In this document: one piece after another, positions 49,703-61,563 of the stretch
How the letters are laid out: each line of letters starts with the position of its first letter
Numbering within the stretch: the first letter of the stretch is position 1
Source of the DNA: Rhizophagus irregularis
Lineage: Eukaryota
Length of the DNA stretch: 64,000 bases
Direction: 5' to 3'
Assembly (NCBI RefSeq): GCF_026210795.1
Contig: NC_089435.1
Location: forward strand, 3,472,001-3,536,000
The notes under the pieces: model-generated
What the model saw: only the letters and a program-made list of their open reading frames with translations
Told to the model about the DNA's origin: nothing
Databases searched by the model: none
Translations under genes and position numbers: made by a program

Positions 49703-49857
49703 AACCTCGATATAACGGATCATAAGTAAAACCTTGATATAACGGAATTGACTAACGTATAATTAATTTACCCTCGATATGACAGAATTCTGATATAACG
49801 GATTTTTGACAAATTTTACTAATGGAATGGATGGTTCCATTATATAGAATTTCACTG
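49703..49857. mobile_element. Degenerate pogo-like MITE remnant
   Basis: Repeated (c/t)gatataacgga motifs; agtaaaaccttgatataacggaa versus ttccattatatagaatttcactg as worn TIRs. Confidence 0.4.
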
Positions 49858-50169
49858 TGTATATATTGACACTATTTATTTGGTTCTTTAGGGTTTCAAT
49901 AGGGTTAGCCTTAAAATTTTACTCCTTAGTTTATTAAATTCTTTTGAATTTTACATAAGCTGTCAGGAAAAAACTTCATCACAACATTAAAAATGGAACT
50001 AATTTTATTATAGGTATTTTTATAGTGTTTTGCGCATCCTTCACAAAATACTTCTAGGAACAATTTTTCTCAAAAAATTTATCGACACACCCGGTATTTT
50101 ATGCAAATGCATAGAAATAAAAACCTGTTTTATAATATAAATATTTGATTTATTTATACAGTATAAAAG

Positions 50170-53100
50170 TTAATGATTAATAATGTCTTTTAATTCGACC
50201 AGTTTTTCCATATCCTTCTTTGAAAAATATTTGTCCTTAAAAGTTTCTGGAACATTCGGATGTAATTTATGAATTGGTAAGAAATGGCCCATTTTAGGAA
50301 AATAGATTTTCTCTCTTTTAGATCGTATTAATCGAACATAATCCATTTTCTTTAAAATAAATTTAGAACATTGATTAGTAACCAACAATAATCATTAATT
50401 ATAATTATAATTTCAATAAACATGTACCAAAATAATAGAATGAGGATTAGACTCAATTGAAGGTCGCCATTCTGTATAATTCGTGTTTGATGTAAATGGG
50501 AGTGTATATTCAATCCAACCTAATCCACTAAGTTTTAACACATCCTCATATTTTAGCACATGTTTTTGCGAAAAAATTTCAGCGTTCTGATATTTGAAGT
50601 AATATATTCATAAATACTTCAATATTAGTAAAACAAAAATAAAAGATTTTTCAACAGTTAACAAACTCACATCTTTTCCTTCTACAATTACAAATTTTAT
50701 AAAACAATTTTTAGATAATATTTCTTTGACATTTATTTTCCAAGTTATGAAATATGAAGATATTTCATGAGTATCAGTAAGTTTGGGTAAACTTATAGGG
50801 AGTGATTCATCTTTAAAGGATAAGACCTGTCCCAATAAACTTTAGATGAAAAAATAATTAATTTCATTTCAAATAATTCTAATTGGTAAATAATTATAAC
50901 ACTGAAGAAATGAAGTTTACCTATTTGAATCACTTTCAAGAAATTGATAAAATTTACAGTTCAGATTTATAAGGTTTGAAACAAAAAAAACATTTTTCAC
51001 TATAAAATAATAATTAAAATATGTGTTACTATATAATTAAATTGAAATAAGAGATTTAAATATCAATTATTACCTTTATACATATAAGTACTAAAATTGT
51101 CAACAATTCCAAGTTCCGTGAATTCATTATTACTAATTTCATAATAATCACACAAGTACGACCAAAAATCCGAATACTCTCGTAATAAATAAGTAAATGA
51201 AATATCATCATTATTTAATTCAAATAATCTATTTAAATCCAACATCGCTTCATCATATTTCTTTAATTTAATATATATTTTACACTTCATAAAAAGTAAT
51301 GAATTATCATCATTAATATTAGGAATATTAAGATCATTGTCATCTGACAAATCTCTTAAATGATAAGTGATCATTTTTGATAAGTTATCATTGGGATCTA
51401 ATTCTATGCATTTGTCAAAAGCTTTGAGGGCATTATTAACATTTTCCATAGTGTAATACGTTAATCCCTTATAATAATATGCTATACAACTTGAGGAATC
51501 TAATTTTATAACCCTTTTTAAATCCAACAAAGCATTATCATATTCTTGAAGAAGATAATAAGTAATAGCCCTTTTAATTATGACATGAGTATTTTCGGGA
51601 TCTATATTATACGCTTTTGTAAAGTAAATTATTGATTCGTCATATCTTTTTAAATTATTAAGAATTTCTCCATAGTAGCATAAAATTAATGAATCATTCT
51701 GTTTAATAATAGCTAACAATTTATTCAACATATCTAAAGCATTCAAATAATTTTCTTGATTTGCATAAATATATGCGCAATTTTTAAGACATAAATAATT
51801 GGATGGATTATCTTTCAATGTAATATTATAATTTTTTAACGCACAATTATAATCATTATCTTTTTCTTGGTGCTTTTCTTGATTTTCTGCTTTAAGGAAA
51901 TAACTATTACCTAATATTATGGATACATTATTTTTGAACTTATAATTTATTGAAGTATTTAAATCAAATATTGCAAGTTCGTATTGACCTTGTCTGAAAA
52001 AAATTTCCCCACGAATGTAATATGCTATTGGATTTTTTTTCTTTAATTTAATAGCTTCGTTTAAATATAAATTTGCTTTTTCATAATAATGAATATTTCT
52101 ATAAGCATAAGCCAAAATGCATCTCATGGTGTAAGTTTTGGGGAATTTCTCTACATACTCTTTACATTTTAATATAGCCTGCTCGTAATTTTTTTCTTCT
52201 AATTCTTTTATAACATTCTGATATGCTGGGTTTTGCTTTTTTGATTGAAACATTAGTTGTAATAATCTTGAATTTAATTTAATTTCTTTAATTTCTCTAA
52301 TAACTTTCATTTTTTTATTTAGCATAATGTCAGCTTCTTCCTCGTCAGCAGAATTGTCAGAATTGGTATTATCATGATTACTATCCGATTCTATTGAAGG
52401 TAAAATGAATCCAGCTTCAAAAAAATATGAGTATAGATTTTTATAAATAACTTGCTGTGATAGATATCTAATATCATTTTCTTCAATTATTTCTCGGCAT
52501 TCAGGACATTTAAGATCTTTAGAATTATTATTTTGTTTAAACTTATTCAAGTTATTTAATGAAATCATATGTTGACATTTTAAAAAACACAATTGGTCTG
52601 TTGGTTCCTTGCTAATTGAACAAGTCATTTCAATTGCAATAAAATCTAAAATGTTAATATCATTTTTCTTTTGCTCTTGTTTGGGAACATTTTGTTCTAA
52701 ACTTTTTCCTTTCTCTTTTTTCATCTTATCATTTAAGATATTAAAATCTTTAAAGCATTTTTCTTTAATAAATTTTAATAATATTTGAAATTTTTCTGAA
52801 GAATCCGTTACATTAATTTTATTTAATTTTTGAATATATTGATCAAGATCATGTTCTATCATTGAAAATAATTCATTATTAATGTTATGTAAATGTAATA
52901 ATATTTCAATTGCTTTAAATTGAATAAAGTCATTTGGAGCTCTATTAAGTGATTCTATTGCTAAATAATAACAAAGACCATATGTAGATTTTCGGGTAGA
53001 TTTTTGAATAAGATTTTGTGCAAGATCCAACAATCCAAACCATAATGTATCTGGTAATGTGAGGATTTCATTTTTTGTAGGTTCATTTAAGAGACTATCA

Positions 53101-55414
53101 CTATCTTCTAATTCTTTAGATAATTTAATTAATACTTCATCAAATTCAGTTTGAGAATCTAAAATATACTTATTGGTCCACTCTCTTTCCAAGTAGTTCC
53201 AAAGATATTCCATTAAAATCATTTCACCAAATTTTCTACTAATAATTTTTTCGCTACCTTCAGACCAATTAAAAAGATTATGTTGAATTGTTAACATGAT
53301 TTTCCAATCAACGTAATAAGATGCTACTGAATATTTAAAACTTATACTTTGACATAATTGAGTAAGCATTAACAAAAAGTTATTATCATTCGATATAGTT
53401 ACTTTTGATGGTATAATATTCAGAGTATTTCTTAACAAATCTTTGACTCTTCTTAAAAGTTCTTGAAATGCAATACTGTTATGATGTAAACTATGAAGTG
53501 TATCTCGCAAGTGAATCAATAAAAAATCAATATTATAATTACGCATAACTTGATTTTGAGTAACTTGTGTTATATTGTGATAAATTTCAGCAAATTTTGA
53601 TAAAGAATCATATAATTCATCTCGTAAAACTTTTTTAAGAACTATTGGTGAAAAACATATTCGTTCTAAAACTATTATCCAAGTTCGTAGATGTAACTCT
53701 AATCTTGGTGCGCATTCTTTTGAATAATTATTAAATGAAATAGGATCAGATAATGCTTTAAGTGAATTTATTAAGGTTTGAGAAAAAAATGAGATCTGTA
53801 AATTTTCAAAAAGGGATTTTAGAGCATATAAATATTTTGTTTCAGTTAATGCCTTTATAAGTTTTTCTACTTTTTCATCTGGTGTAATAAATCCATCCTC
53901 TTCTAATTTGAGATTAATATCCATTGATGATTCTGTCGTCGCACTTGATGGAATGTCTTCAATTTCCTCTTCATAATCACTATTTAAGAATGAAATAACA
54001 TTATCCAACTTTAAATCATAATTACTATCAATAGTTATCCCTCTGATTGATTTCGAACTTGATTGACTTTTTTCTGACGAACAGCATTCCTTCTCTTCTT
54101 CAATATCATCATCCGGTTCGGACGAGATCATCGCTTTAAGAATTAAAGCAACTCCTTGAGTATCTGGACGCTCATTCGGCTCATATTTCCAGCAATCTAA
54201 AAAAAAAAAATATTTTTTTTTAGCTATTTTTAATATTAATTTAATATATTAGATTTTTTGTTTATTACCTTTATATAATTTACTATATTCACTAGGCGTT
54301 CCATCAATAATATCTTCTCTTTTACCATCTAATATGGAAAACATTAAGCATGCATCATACTTTATACCTTTAGTAGAGAAAGGTTGATATCCACTCGAGA
54401 TTTGCCACATTAAAACTCCAATGCTATATACATCAGATTTTTTATTTAACTTATAATTTTCATCTTTGAATTTTTTTGGGTCTATATAAGGTATTATACC
54501 AAGTATTTGTGACGTACTACTTGATGCTTCAGCAATTTTTTTTGATAAACCAAAATCCGCTAATTTGATATTTTTCTGATGTACGAGTATATTGTTTTCA
54601 TGCTTTAATTACGAAAAAAAATGGAATATCAATCTTTATTATAGTAATTCATTAATAAAAAAAAAATGAATAAGAATAAATGTAATTACCAGATCACGAT
54701 GAATAATATCATTATCATGTAAATATTCTATAGCACTTGCCAATTGCCATGCTAAACGAAATTTGTCATTCCAATCAAGTTCATTAAAATGGTTTTTTAA
54801 ATAAGTATTTAATGTACCACCGTTAGCATATTCTAAGACTAAGGAATAATTTTTTATTTGATTGTTTATATCTGAAAATATATATATATAGAAAATTGTT
54901 TATGAATTATTATAGGGTAAGAGAGATATTCAAATATCATTTATAATTATTTAAATGCTTTCACCTTCTGTAACTTTTGTTATTCCATATAAACGTATGA
55001 TATTATCATGGTCATCAACACACCTATGCAATTTTAACTTTTGAATAACATACAGTAATATGAGTATTATATATGCAATATAATTAATTATAAAGCATTG
55101 AACATTATATATATACATATATGTATATAATTTAATCAAAATATTTTTAAATAATAATAACAAAAAAGTTCTTTTCGTACCTCTTTGACAACTTCTTTAA
55201 GAGTAAGTTCATCATTATTAAAAAATTTTAAAGCGAAAATACGATCAGAATTTTTCCAATTAACACGATAAACTTTCCCGAATGAACCTTTTCCTATTCG
55301 TTGAATACTTTTGAATTCAGAATATTCATAAAATTTAATATATTCTTCGGTAATTAACTTATCCAACCAGTTTATATAATAATTTAAATCTTGTACTTTG
55401 GTTTTATCTGACAT
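50170..55414 (-). CDS. TKL-type protein kinase + helical region + degenerate RING/U-box + TPR repeats + C-terminal beta-rich domain (~1510 aa, 9 exons)
   Basis: Exons 55414-55181, 55037-54965, 54871-54690, 54602-54269, 54196-51074, 50999-50921, 50839-50671, 50586-50428, 50349-50170; total 4533 nt, in frame. Kinase [57 protein letters not shown]-like CSISKEP...KCQHMIS...KCPECR. TPRs such as [22 protein letters not shown] and [32 protein letters not shown]. The last three small exons are less certain. Confidence 0.85.
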
Positions 55415-55923
55415 TTTCTATATTTAATTATTTTTTTTTAGGAAAAAGGAAAAAAAAACCAAAATTGAAACGTATTTTGAAGTTATTTTATATTTACAAT
55501 GATTGCAAGTTCGTACGTGTGTTACAACGGAATGGATGGATAAACATCCGGCAGCCAAAATAGTTAAATTTTTTGGTAATACACTGAAACAGCCTATACA
55601 ATATTTTCGTGCAGATCATAACATTTTTGTTAATTGATTGTAATTAATCCAATTAATTTATTTAAATTTTGCAAAGTCCAAATGATATTATTAATACTAG
55701 AGACATAGGAATTTATGACCGAAACTAGCACGTGACTTTTGGCCCGCATTACAGAGTTATGCACTAACACGTGAACATGTGATCATGCGATATTTTTGAG
55801 TAATATGATCTAGCAAATTTTTGTTACACAATAACGTCAATGGACGGCGTTAGTGCAATGCTGAAATTCCTTATATTTATTACAAGCACTAAAAATTTTT
55901 ATTTTATTTTTTTTTTTAAAAAA

Positions 55924-57462
55924 ATGACTTGTCGACTTTCATCTGATTGCTTAAATGAAATTCTTGAATATTTAGAGGAGGATAGAACCACTTTACATTC
56001 ATGTTTGTTGGTTAATCGTTCTTGGTGTAGAATTTCTGTTAGAATTCTATGGAGAGAGTTTTGCGATTATCATGGAGTTATTTATGAACAACGACAAGCA
56101 TCATCAATTCTTAGTACATTAATTGCTTGTCTTCCTAATGAATCAAAAGAACTCTTGAAAAAAAATAAAATATTCATTTCAACACCTACTTCAAATCCAC
56201 CACTGTTTAATTATGCAGGATTTTGCAGAGATCTTTCAATTAGTAGGATTGAAATGTTAGTTTCTACTGTCTTTGAAGATAAACCATCTGATAATTCATT
56301 TTTACTTATAGTGAAAAATCTGTTTTTACCATTCAGAGAAAAAAGAAAAATAAAAAAAACTATTTTAGTTGTAAATGAAATTATCAAAATGTTAGCAAAC
56401 CAAATTTTTTCTTTGAGAAAATTGGTTTTTAGATATCTTCATCATTATAATCTTGATAATTCTTTCCCTTATTTTCCTGATTATTTTCCTGGTGCAAGAA
56501 ATCTTTCAGAATTACAATGCAGTACACATATTCCTTCTAATTTTTTTTATCAGCTGTCACAAATATGTCATAATTTACAATCAATTTTAATATATTTTTA
56601 TTATGATGTTCCAGATGAGTTAAAAGAATTAATTTATTTACAGAATAATTTAAAAAATTTAACTTTAGTAATTTATAATTCAAATTGGACAAATATTATA
56701 CCAGCTTTAATAAGTTGCTCTCATACAGTAACAAAATTTAAACTTTATGGTCTTATTAATAATATACCATTATCATTTATTAGTTCATTCACAAATTTAC
56801 AAGAATCTATATTTTCATTCTTTGATGGAGTAGTAGTTATAGATTTTACAGATTTACTATATGCTAATTTTCCTAAATTACAAATTTTAAAATTTCCTGA
56901 TTCAAGTCCAAAACCTGAACATGTAACGAAATTTTTAGAAAATAATGGAAAAAATCTTAAAAAATTTTATATCTCTGAAAATAATAGAATATTAAGTTTA
57001 TCTGTTGCTAATTTTTGTCCAAACCTTAGAAGTCTTTTCATAATATTTAGTGAAATAGATATATTAAGAACTATACTTATTAGTTGTCTATACTTAGAAA
57101 GCATTACAATTTGGTGTGGTAAAAGTTATCATGAATATTTATCTGAAAAAGAAGTACTAGAAACTATTGCAAACCATTCACCTAATAATTTTTATGAATT
57201 AAAAATACGTGAATTTTTCGATTCAGATGTATTACCAGAAGATTTGGAATCATTTTTTATAAGTTGGAATAATAGAACACCAAAAAAATTACTTTCTTTA
57301 ATTATTTTTGACGTTAATAATAACAATTATAACAGATCTTGTTTAGAAAATGAAGAAAATAGAAAGATAATGGAAAAATATGAAAATTTAGGTATTGTTA
57401 AATTTGGAACTAAAAGTTATTATGATGAATTTGTAGATCAAGGTTCATTTTTTTCATTATAA
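55924..57462 (+). CDS. F-box / LRR (RNI-like) protein, intronless (~512 aa from ATG 55924)
   Basis: MTCRLSSDCLNEILEYLEEDRTTLHSCLLVNRSWCRISVRILW (F-box-like), PPLFNYAGFC, ANFCPNLRSL LRR-like repeats. ATG 55924 preferred over 55840 by comparison with the paralog's start. Confidence 0.88.
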   Translation: MTCRLSSDCLNEILEYLEEDRTTLHSCLLVNRSWCRISVRILWREFCDYHGVIYEQRQASSILSTLIACLPNESKELLKKNKIFISTPTSNPPLFNYAGFCRDLSISRIEMLVSTVFEDKPSDNSFLLIVKNLFLPFREKRKIKKTILVVNEIIKMLANQIFSLRKLVFRYLHHYNLDNSFPYFPDYFPGARNLSELQCSTHIPSNFFYQLSQICHNLQSILIYFYYDVPDELKELIYLQNNLKNLTLVIYNSNWTNIIPALISCSHTVTKFKLYGLINNIPLSFISSFTNLQESIFSFFDGVVVIDFTDLLYANFPKLQILKFPDSSPKPEHVTKFLENNGKNLKKFYISENNRILSLSVANFCPNLRSLFIIFSEIDILRTILISCLYLESITIWCGKSYHEYLSEKEVLETIANHSPNNFYELKIREFFDSDVLPEDLESFFISWNNRTPKKLLSLIIFDVNNNNYNRSCLENEENRKIMEKYENLGIVKFGTKSYYDEFVDQGSFFSL

Positions 57463-59530
57463 TTGATTTTTTTTTTATGTATTTTATTCGTTTCTGTAAT
57501 ATTTTTTGGTGTAGTATCAGTAATATTTTTTATTAAAATTTTAAGATGTCACATATACCTTTTATTATTATCATTTGTTGTTTTACTTCTAAACTCAGAA
57601 AACTGAACCTTTATAAAATGGAATTACATACTATGCTATTAAGATTGTGTTAAATAACGTTAATTATTTTATCGTTTATAGATTGTTTTATTCAATGATA
57701 ACGATAATTAATAAATGTATCATTTAATACTAAAGTTTACACAGAAGTCTATGCTAACATCTATACTACTCTGAGAAGCGTTCAAAAACTGATCATATCC
57801 AGTATCCCAAACTCGAAACCCAAAATCTATGAAAAAAAAAGAAGCGAAAATGTCAGAAAATGTTTCAAGTAAATAACATTTACAAAGCTTTGCAAAATTA
57901 CGAAACTTACCAATATCCAATATCCCACAACCAAAAATTCCAAATCCTACAAAAAAAAATGAAAGAATTATTTCTTTTAATAAAAAAAGATAGACGAAGT
58001 TTCGTACCTTCAGAACTTAACGTTTTCAGATCTCCTGAACCCAAATTCTGATGCCTGCAATAAAATAAAAGAAAAAAACATTAAAAAAATAAATAAACTA
58101 ATTTTATAATAAGTGTTGTGATACTTTATTATTTTGGCATTTTCAAAATTCTGAACCCGAAATCTACAAAAAAAAGAAAAAATAAAAATCAAGGACCAAA
58201 GTTAAATCTACTACAAAAAGAAACGTTATTAAGCATTTCTTTAAAAAAGAAAACAAAAACATTAAATTTCTTGATAAAATTTACCATTAACTCTCCAATC
58301 GATGCAATAATGAAAGTAATGAAAGAAACATTATTTAACGTTTCTATAAAGAATAGAATAAAAAATGGTAATTTTCACAACGAACCACTTTTACTCTTCA
58401 ATTGATACTTCGGTACTATTTCATATGTGAATGCTTTCACAGGATCTAAAGTTAGTATAACATTTTTAAGAACAATTTTGGAAGAATTTTGAAACAATTT
58501 TGGAAATTTACTCAGGCTTTCATAATCGAAGCCGGCATTGGAATTTTATAAAAAATAAAAAAATTGTTTGCAAACGTTCCTTTAAAGTTATTGCCAAAGG
58601 GAATTTTAGTACGTTATTTAAAGCAAACTTCAAATAACCAAAAGAAAACAGACGTAACTATATCATCCGAAATGGCGTCAGAACGGAACGTTTAACTGAA
58701 GACCTACAATATAAAGAGAATAAGTAGTAAAATTTCTTTAAAGAAGTTTCAATATTACCTGGGTTTCGAAGCTTATAACAAGACTGGGAGTCTTACAAAA
58801 AGAAAAAAAGTAAAATAGATTTTAAATGATTATCGATTGATCAACATTATCTGATCGGTCTGTCAGTGACATATTAATTAAAAAAAAATCTCATTCTTCG
58901 ATATATATTTCCTGTGAGTATTCTGCCAGCGTAATTATCGCAATCGGTTTCTCTACACTAAGTTCCTACTTGGTTATCATGATCACACTCCTCAACGAAG
59001 CCAATATCTTTTCTGAGGATATAGATAGTATAGAAATAACCAAAAAATAAAATAGTAAAATAAATTTCTTTTTTTTTTTGTTTTTCGTAATAAACGGCTA
59101 AAGATTATTTTCTTTATCTCTCTCTCCCAAGTTTAATTTATAACGAATAGAATTTTCAAAATGCGAAATAATTGATAATAAAAGTTATAGGCGAATTGAT
59201 TATGACCAAGGTGTAGAAATTTTTTGGTATTTTGCCGAGATTTGCTGCATTTTTTTTCTCCAGGAAGCTATAAACCTTACATGTATTACAGAAGTTAAAG
59301 TATGAGGTGTTTGATAATAATAATCTACTACTCTATAGCCATTAAAAAAAAATGAACATTTCGTGACGTTAACAATATAACAAACATAAATGCAACACCG
59401 TACAATAAATAATGAATATTATTTAATAGAAATATTATTGAAATTTCTTAAATCTAAAAAATATAAGATGAATAAAATAAAATATATTTTTGCTTGAGCT
59501 CATAACAGAAACAACTTATAAAAAAAAACA

Positions 59531-61246
59531 TCAATAATAAAAATAATAGTGTAATTCTTCATCCTTTATACACTCAATCCTAGATTTAATAATACCCAAT
59601 TTTTCATATTTTTCAATTATTTTCAAATTTTGATCATAATAATTTAACTCATAACTATACTTATGTTTCAGATCATTAATAATATCCTCATCAATCTCAT
59701 AATAATCAATCATATTGTCAAAAATATAATAATTTGAACTAATATAATACACCCCTTCATATATATTATACTTAATATACTTCTCATACTCTTCATACTC
59801 ACTAATAATATTACTCTGTCTAATAAACATTAATTTAAGTAATTTTTCTGGTTTTTTATTCTTCCAGCTTATAAGAAATGATTCTAAATCTACTGGATAT
59901 ATCAAGTATAAATTTGAATTATATAATATTAATTCACAAAAATATTTTGATGCCCAAGTTTCAATAAATTCAAATATCGTCCCAGCTATACTTTTTTCCT
60001 CACACCAAATGCTAATGAATTCTAAATATTGACACTTAATAAATATAATTCTTAATACATATGATTCACCAGGATTAATTCTTACACTAAGTCTTTTAAG
60101 ATTTGGACAAAAATTTGCAATAGATAAAATTAAATTTTTATTTAATAAGCCTTTCAAGCCTTTCAAGCCATTCATATTTAATCCAGTATTAAATTTCCCT
60201 TCATAGTATATCCCTTCACATATATAAATATTTGTAAGATTTTTTCCATTAGTTTCTAAAAATTTCATTAAATATTCAGGATTTGGACATAGATAAGGAA
60301 TTTTTAAAGTTTGTAATTTAGGAAAATTAACATATTGTAACTTTTCAAAATCTTTAGTATTAGCATATGGTATAAGAATTGAGAATGAAAATATAAATTC
60401 TTGTAAATTTGTAAATAAACTTATGAATGAAAATGGTAAATTATCATTATTATCATCACTATAAAGAGATAATTTTATCAATGTATTAGAATGTTTAGCT
60501 AAAGAAGGTATAATATTTTCCCAACTAGTATCAGAACGAACTTTTAAAGTTAAACTTTTTAAATTATTCTGTAAAGAAATTAATTCTTTTAACTTATTTG
60601 AAACATCATTTTCAAATGATATAGAAATTGATTGTAAATTATGACATATCTGGGATAACTGATGAAAAAAATCAGAAGAAAGATTTGAATTGCAATGAAA
60701 TTCTGAAAGATTTCTTGTTCCGGAAAAAGGGAAAGAAAAATTCCCATTAATTGGATAATAGTAATAAGGATCATGATAAGTCAATATTTTCAAAGAAGCT
60801 TGATTCATGAACATCTTGACAATTTCTTTCGTGACTAGATAATAACTATCACATAACCTACTACTACTATGCGGATTAAGAGATAGTGTATTTATAAGAG
60901 CTTCATTAACTATCCTGTCAATATCAGAAATCGAAAGGATTTTGCAAAATGCTGCATAATTAAACAAAGGTGACTTTGAAGTAGGTGTTGAAACAAAAAT
61001 CTCATTTTTATTTAAGAATTCTTTTGATTCATTGGGAAGACAAGCAATTATTGTATTGAAAAATGATAATGATGAACCATTATTGCTTTTGTAGCTACTA
61101 ATATCCCTCCACAAAATTCTAACAGAAATTTCACACAAGAGACGATTAACTAATAAACATGAATGTAAAGTAGTTTTATCTTTCTCCAGATATTCGATAA
61201 TTTCATGTAAACAGTCGAAAGGAAGTGTTGTAAGTTGACAAGTCAT
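59531..61246 (-). CDS. F-box / LRR (RNI-like) protein, intronless (571 aa); convergent paralog of 55924-57462
   Basis: LPFDCLHEIIEYLEKDKTTLHSCLLVNRLLCEISVRILW, SPLFNYAAFC, ANFCPNLKRL; shares IACLPNESKE, QLSQICHNLQSI, NFPKLQ and DLESF(L/F)ISW with the other copy. Confidence 0.88.
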   Translation of the reverse strand: MTCQLTTLPFDCLHEIIEYLEKDKTTLHSCLLVNRLLCEISVRILWRDISSYKSNNGSSLSFFNTIIACLPNESKEFLNKNEIFVSTPTSKSPLFNYAAFCKILSISDIDRIVNEALINTLSLNPHSSSRLCDSYYLVTKEIVKMFMNQASLKILTYHDPYYYYPINGNFSFPFSGTRNLSEFHCNSNLSSDFFHQLSQICHNLQSISISFENDVSNKLKELISLQNNLKSLTLKVRSDTSWENIIPSLAKHSNTLIKLSLYSDDNNDNLPFSFISLFTNLQEFIFSFSILIPYANTKDFEKLQYVNFPKLQTLKIPYLCPNPEYLMKFLETNGKNLTNIYICEGIYYEGKFNTGLNMNGLKGLKGLLNKNLILSIANFCPNLKRLSVRINPGESYVLRIIFIKCQYLEFISIWCEEKSIAGTIFEFIETWASKYFCELILYNSNLYLIYPVDLESFLISWKNKKPEKLLKLMFIRQSNIISEYEEYEKYIKYNIYEGVYYISSNYYIFDNMIDYYEIDEDIINDLKHKYSYELNYYDQNLKIIEKYEKLGIIKSRIECIKDEELHYYFYY

Positions 61247-61527
61247 TTTATTTTATAAAAAATATATATCGGTAGAGCAAATGGGAATATTATTGATTTT
61301 AAATTGAAAACCACATTGGCTCATTGTGCGAATAAATATATCATTTATGATGTAATTTGGCCCAAAATAACCTGATTTCTAACGCCGCATTGTGTAACAT
61401 TCGAGCTTTTTTCAGATGTTGATCAATTTTGACATATGATTCGTAAAACTGAAAAATTATGATCGATTCTGTGCGACCTAGGTCGGTATGTGAAATTGAT
61501 GCGACATCCAAAAAATGGTAGCCGGAA

Positions 61528-61563
61528 TTAGGGTTAGGATTAGAGTTAGGTTTAGGGTAAGGG
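61528..61563 (+). repeat. Degenerate internal TTAGGG-like hexamer array (6 units)
   Basis: ttaggg ttagga ttagag ttaggt ttaggg taaggg, adjacent to one arm of an 18-bp perfect inverted repeat (61509-61526 / 61732-61749). Confidence 0.7.

Noticed and set aside
55840..55923. Upstream ATG extension of the F-box ORF
   Set aside because: The extension runs through a T/A tract that has a non-coding homologue at ~45910, and the paralog starts at MTC.
57640..59000. A-rich region with short ORFs between the F-box genes
   Set aside because: Probably a decayed mobile-element remnant, but no TIR, TSD or protein motif could be supported.
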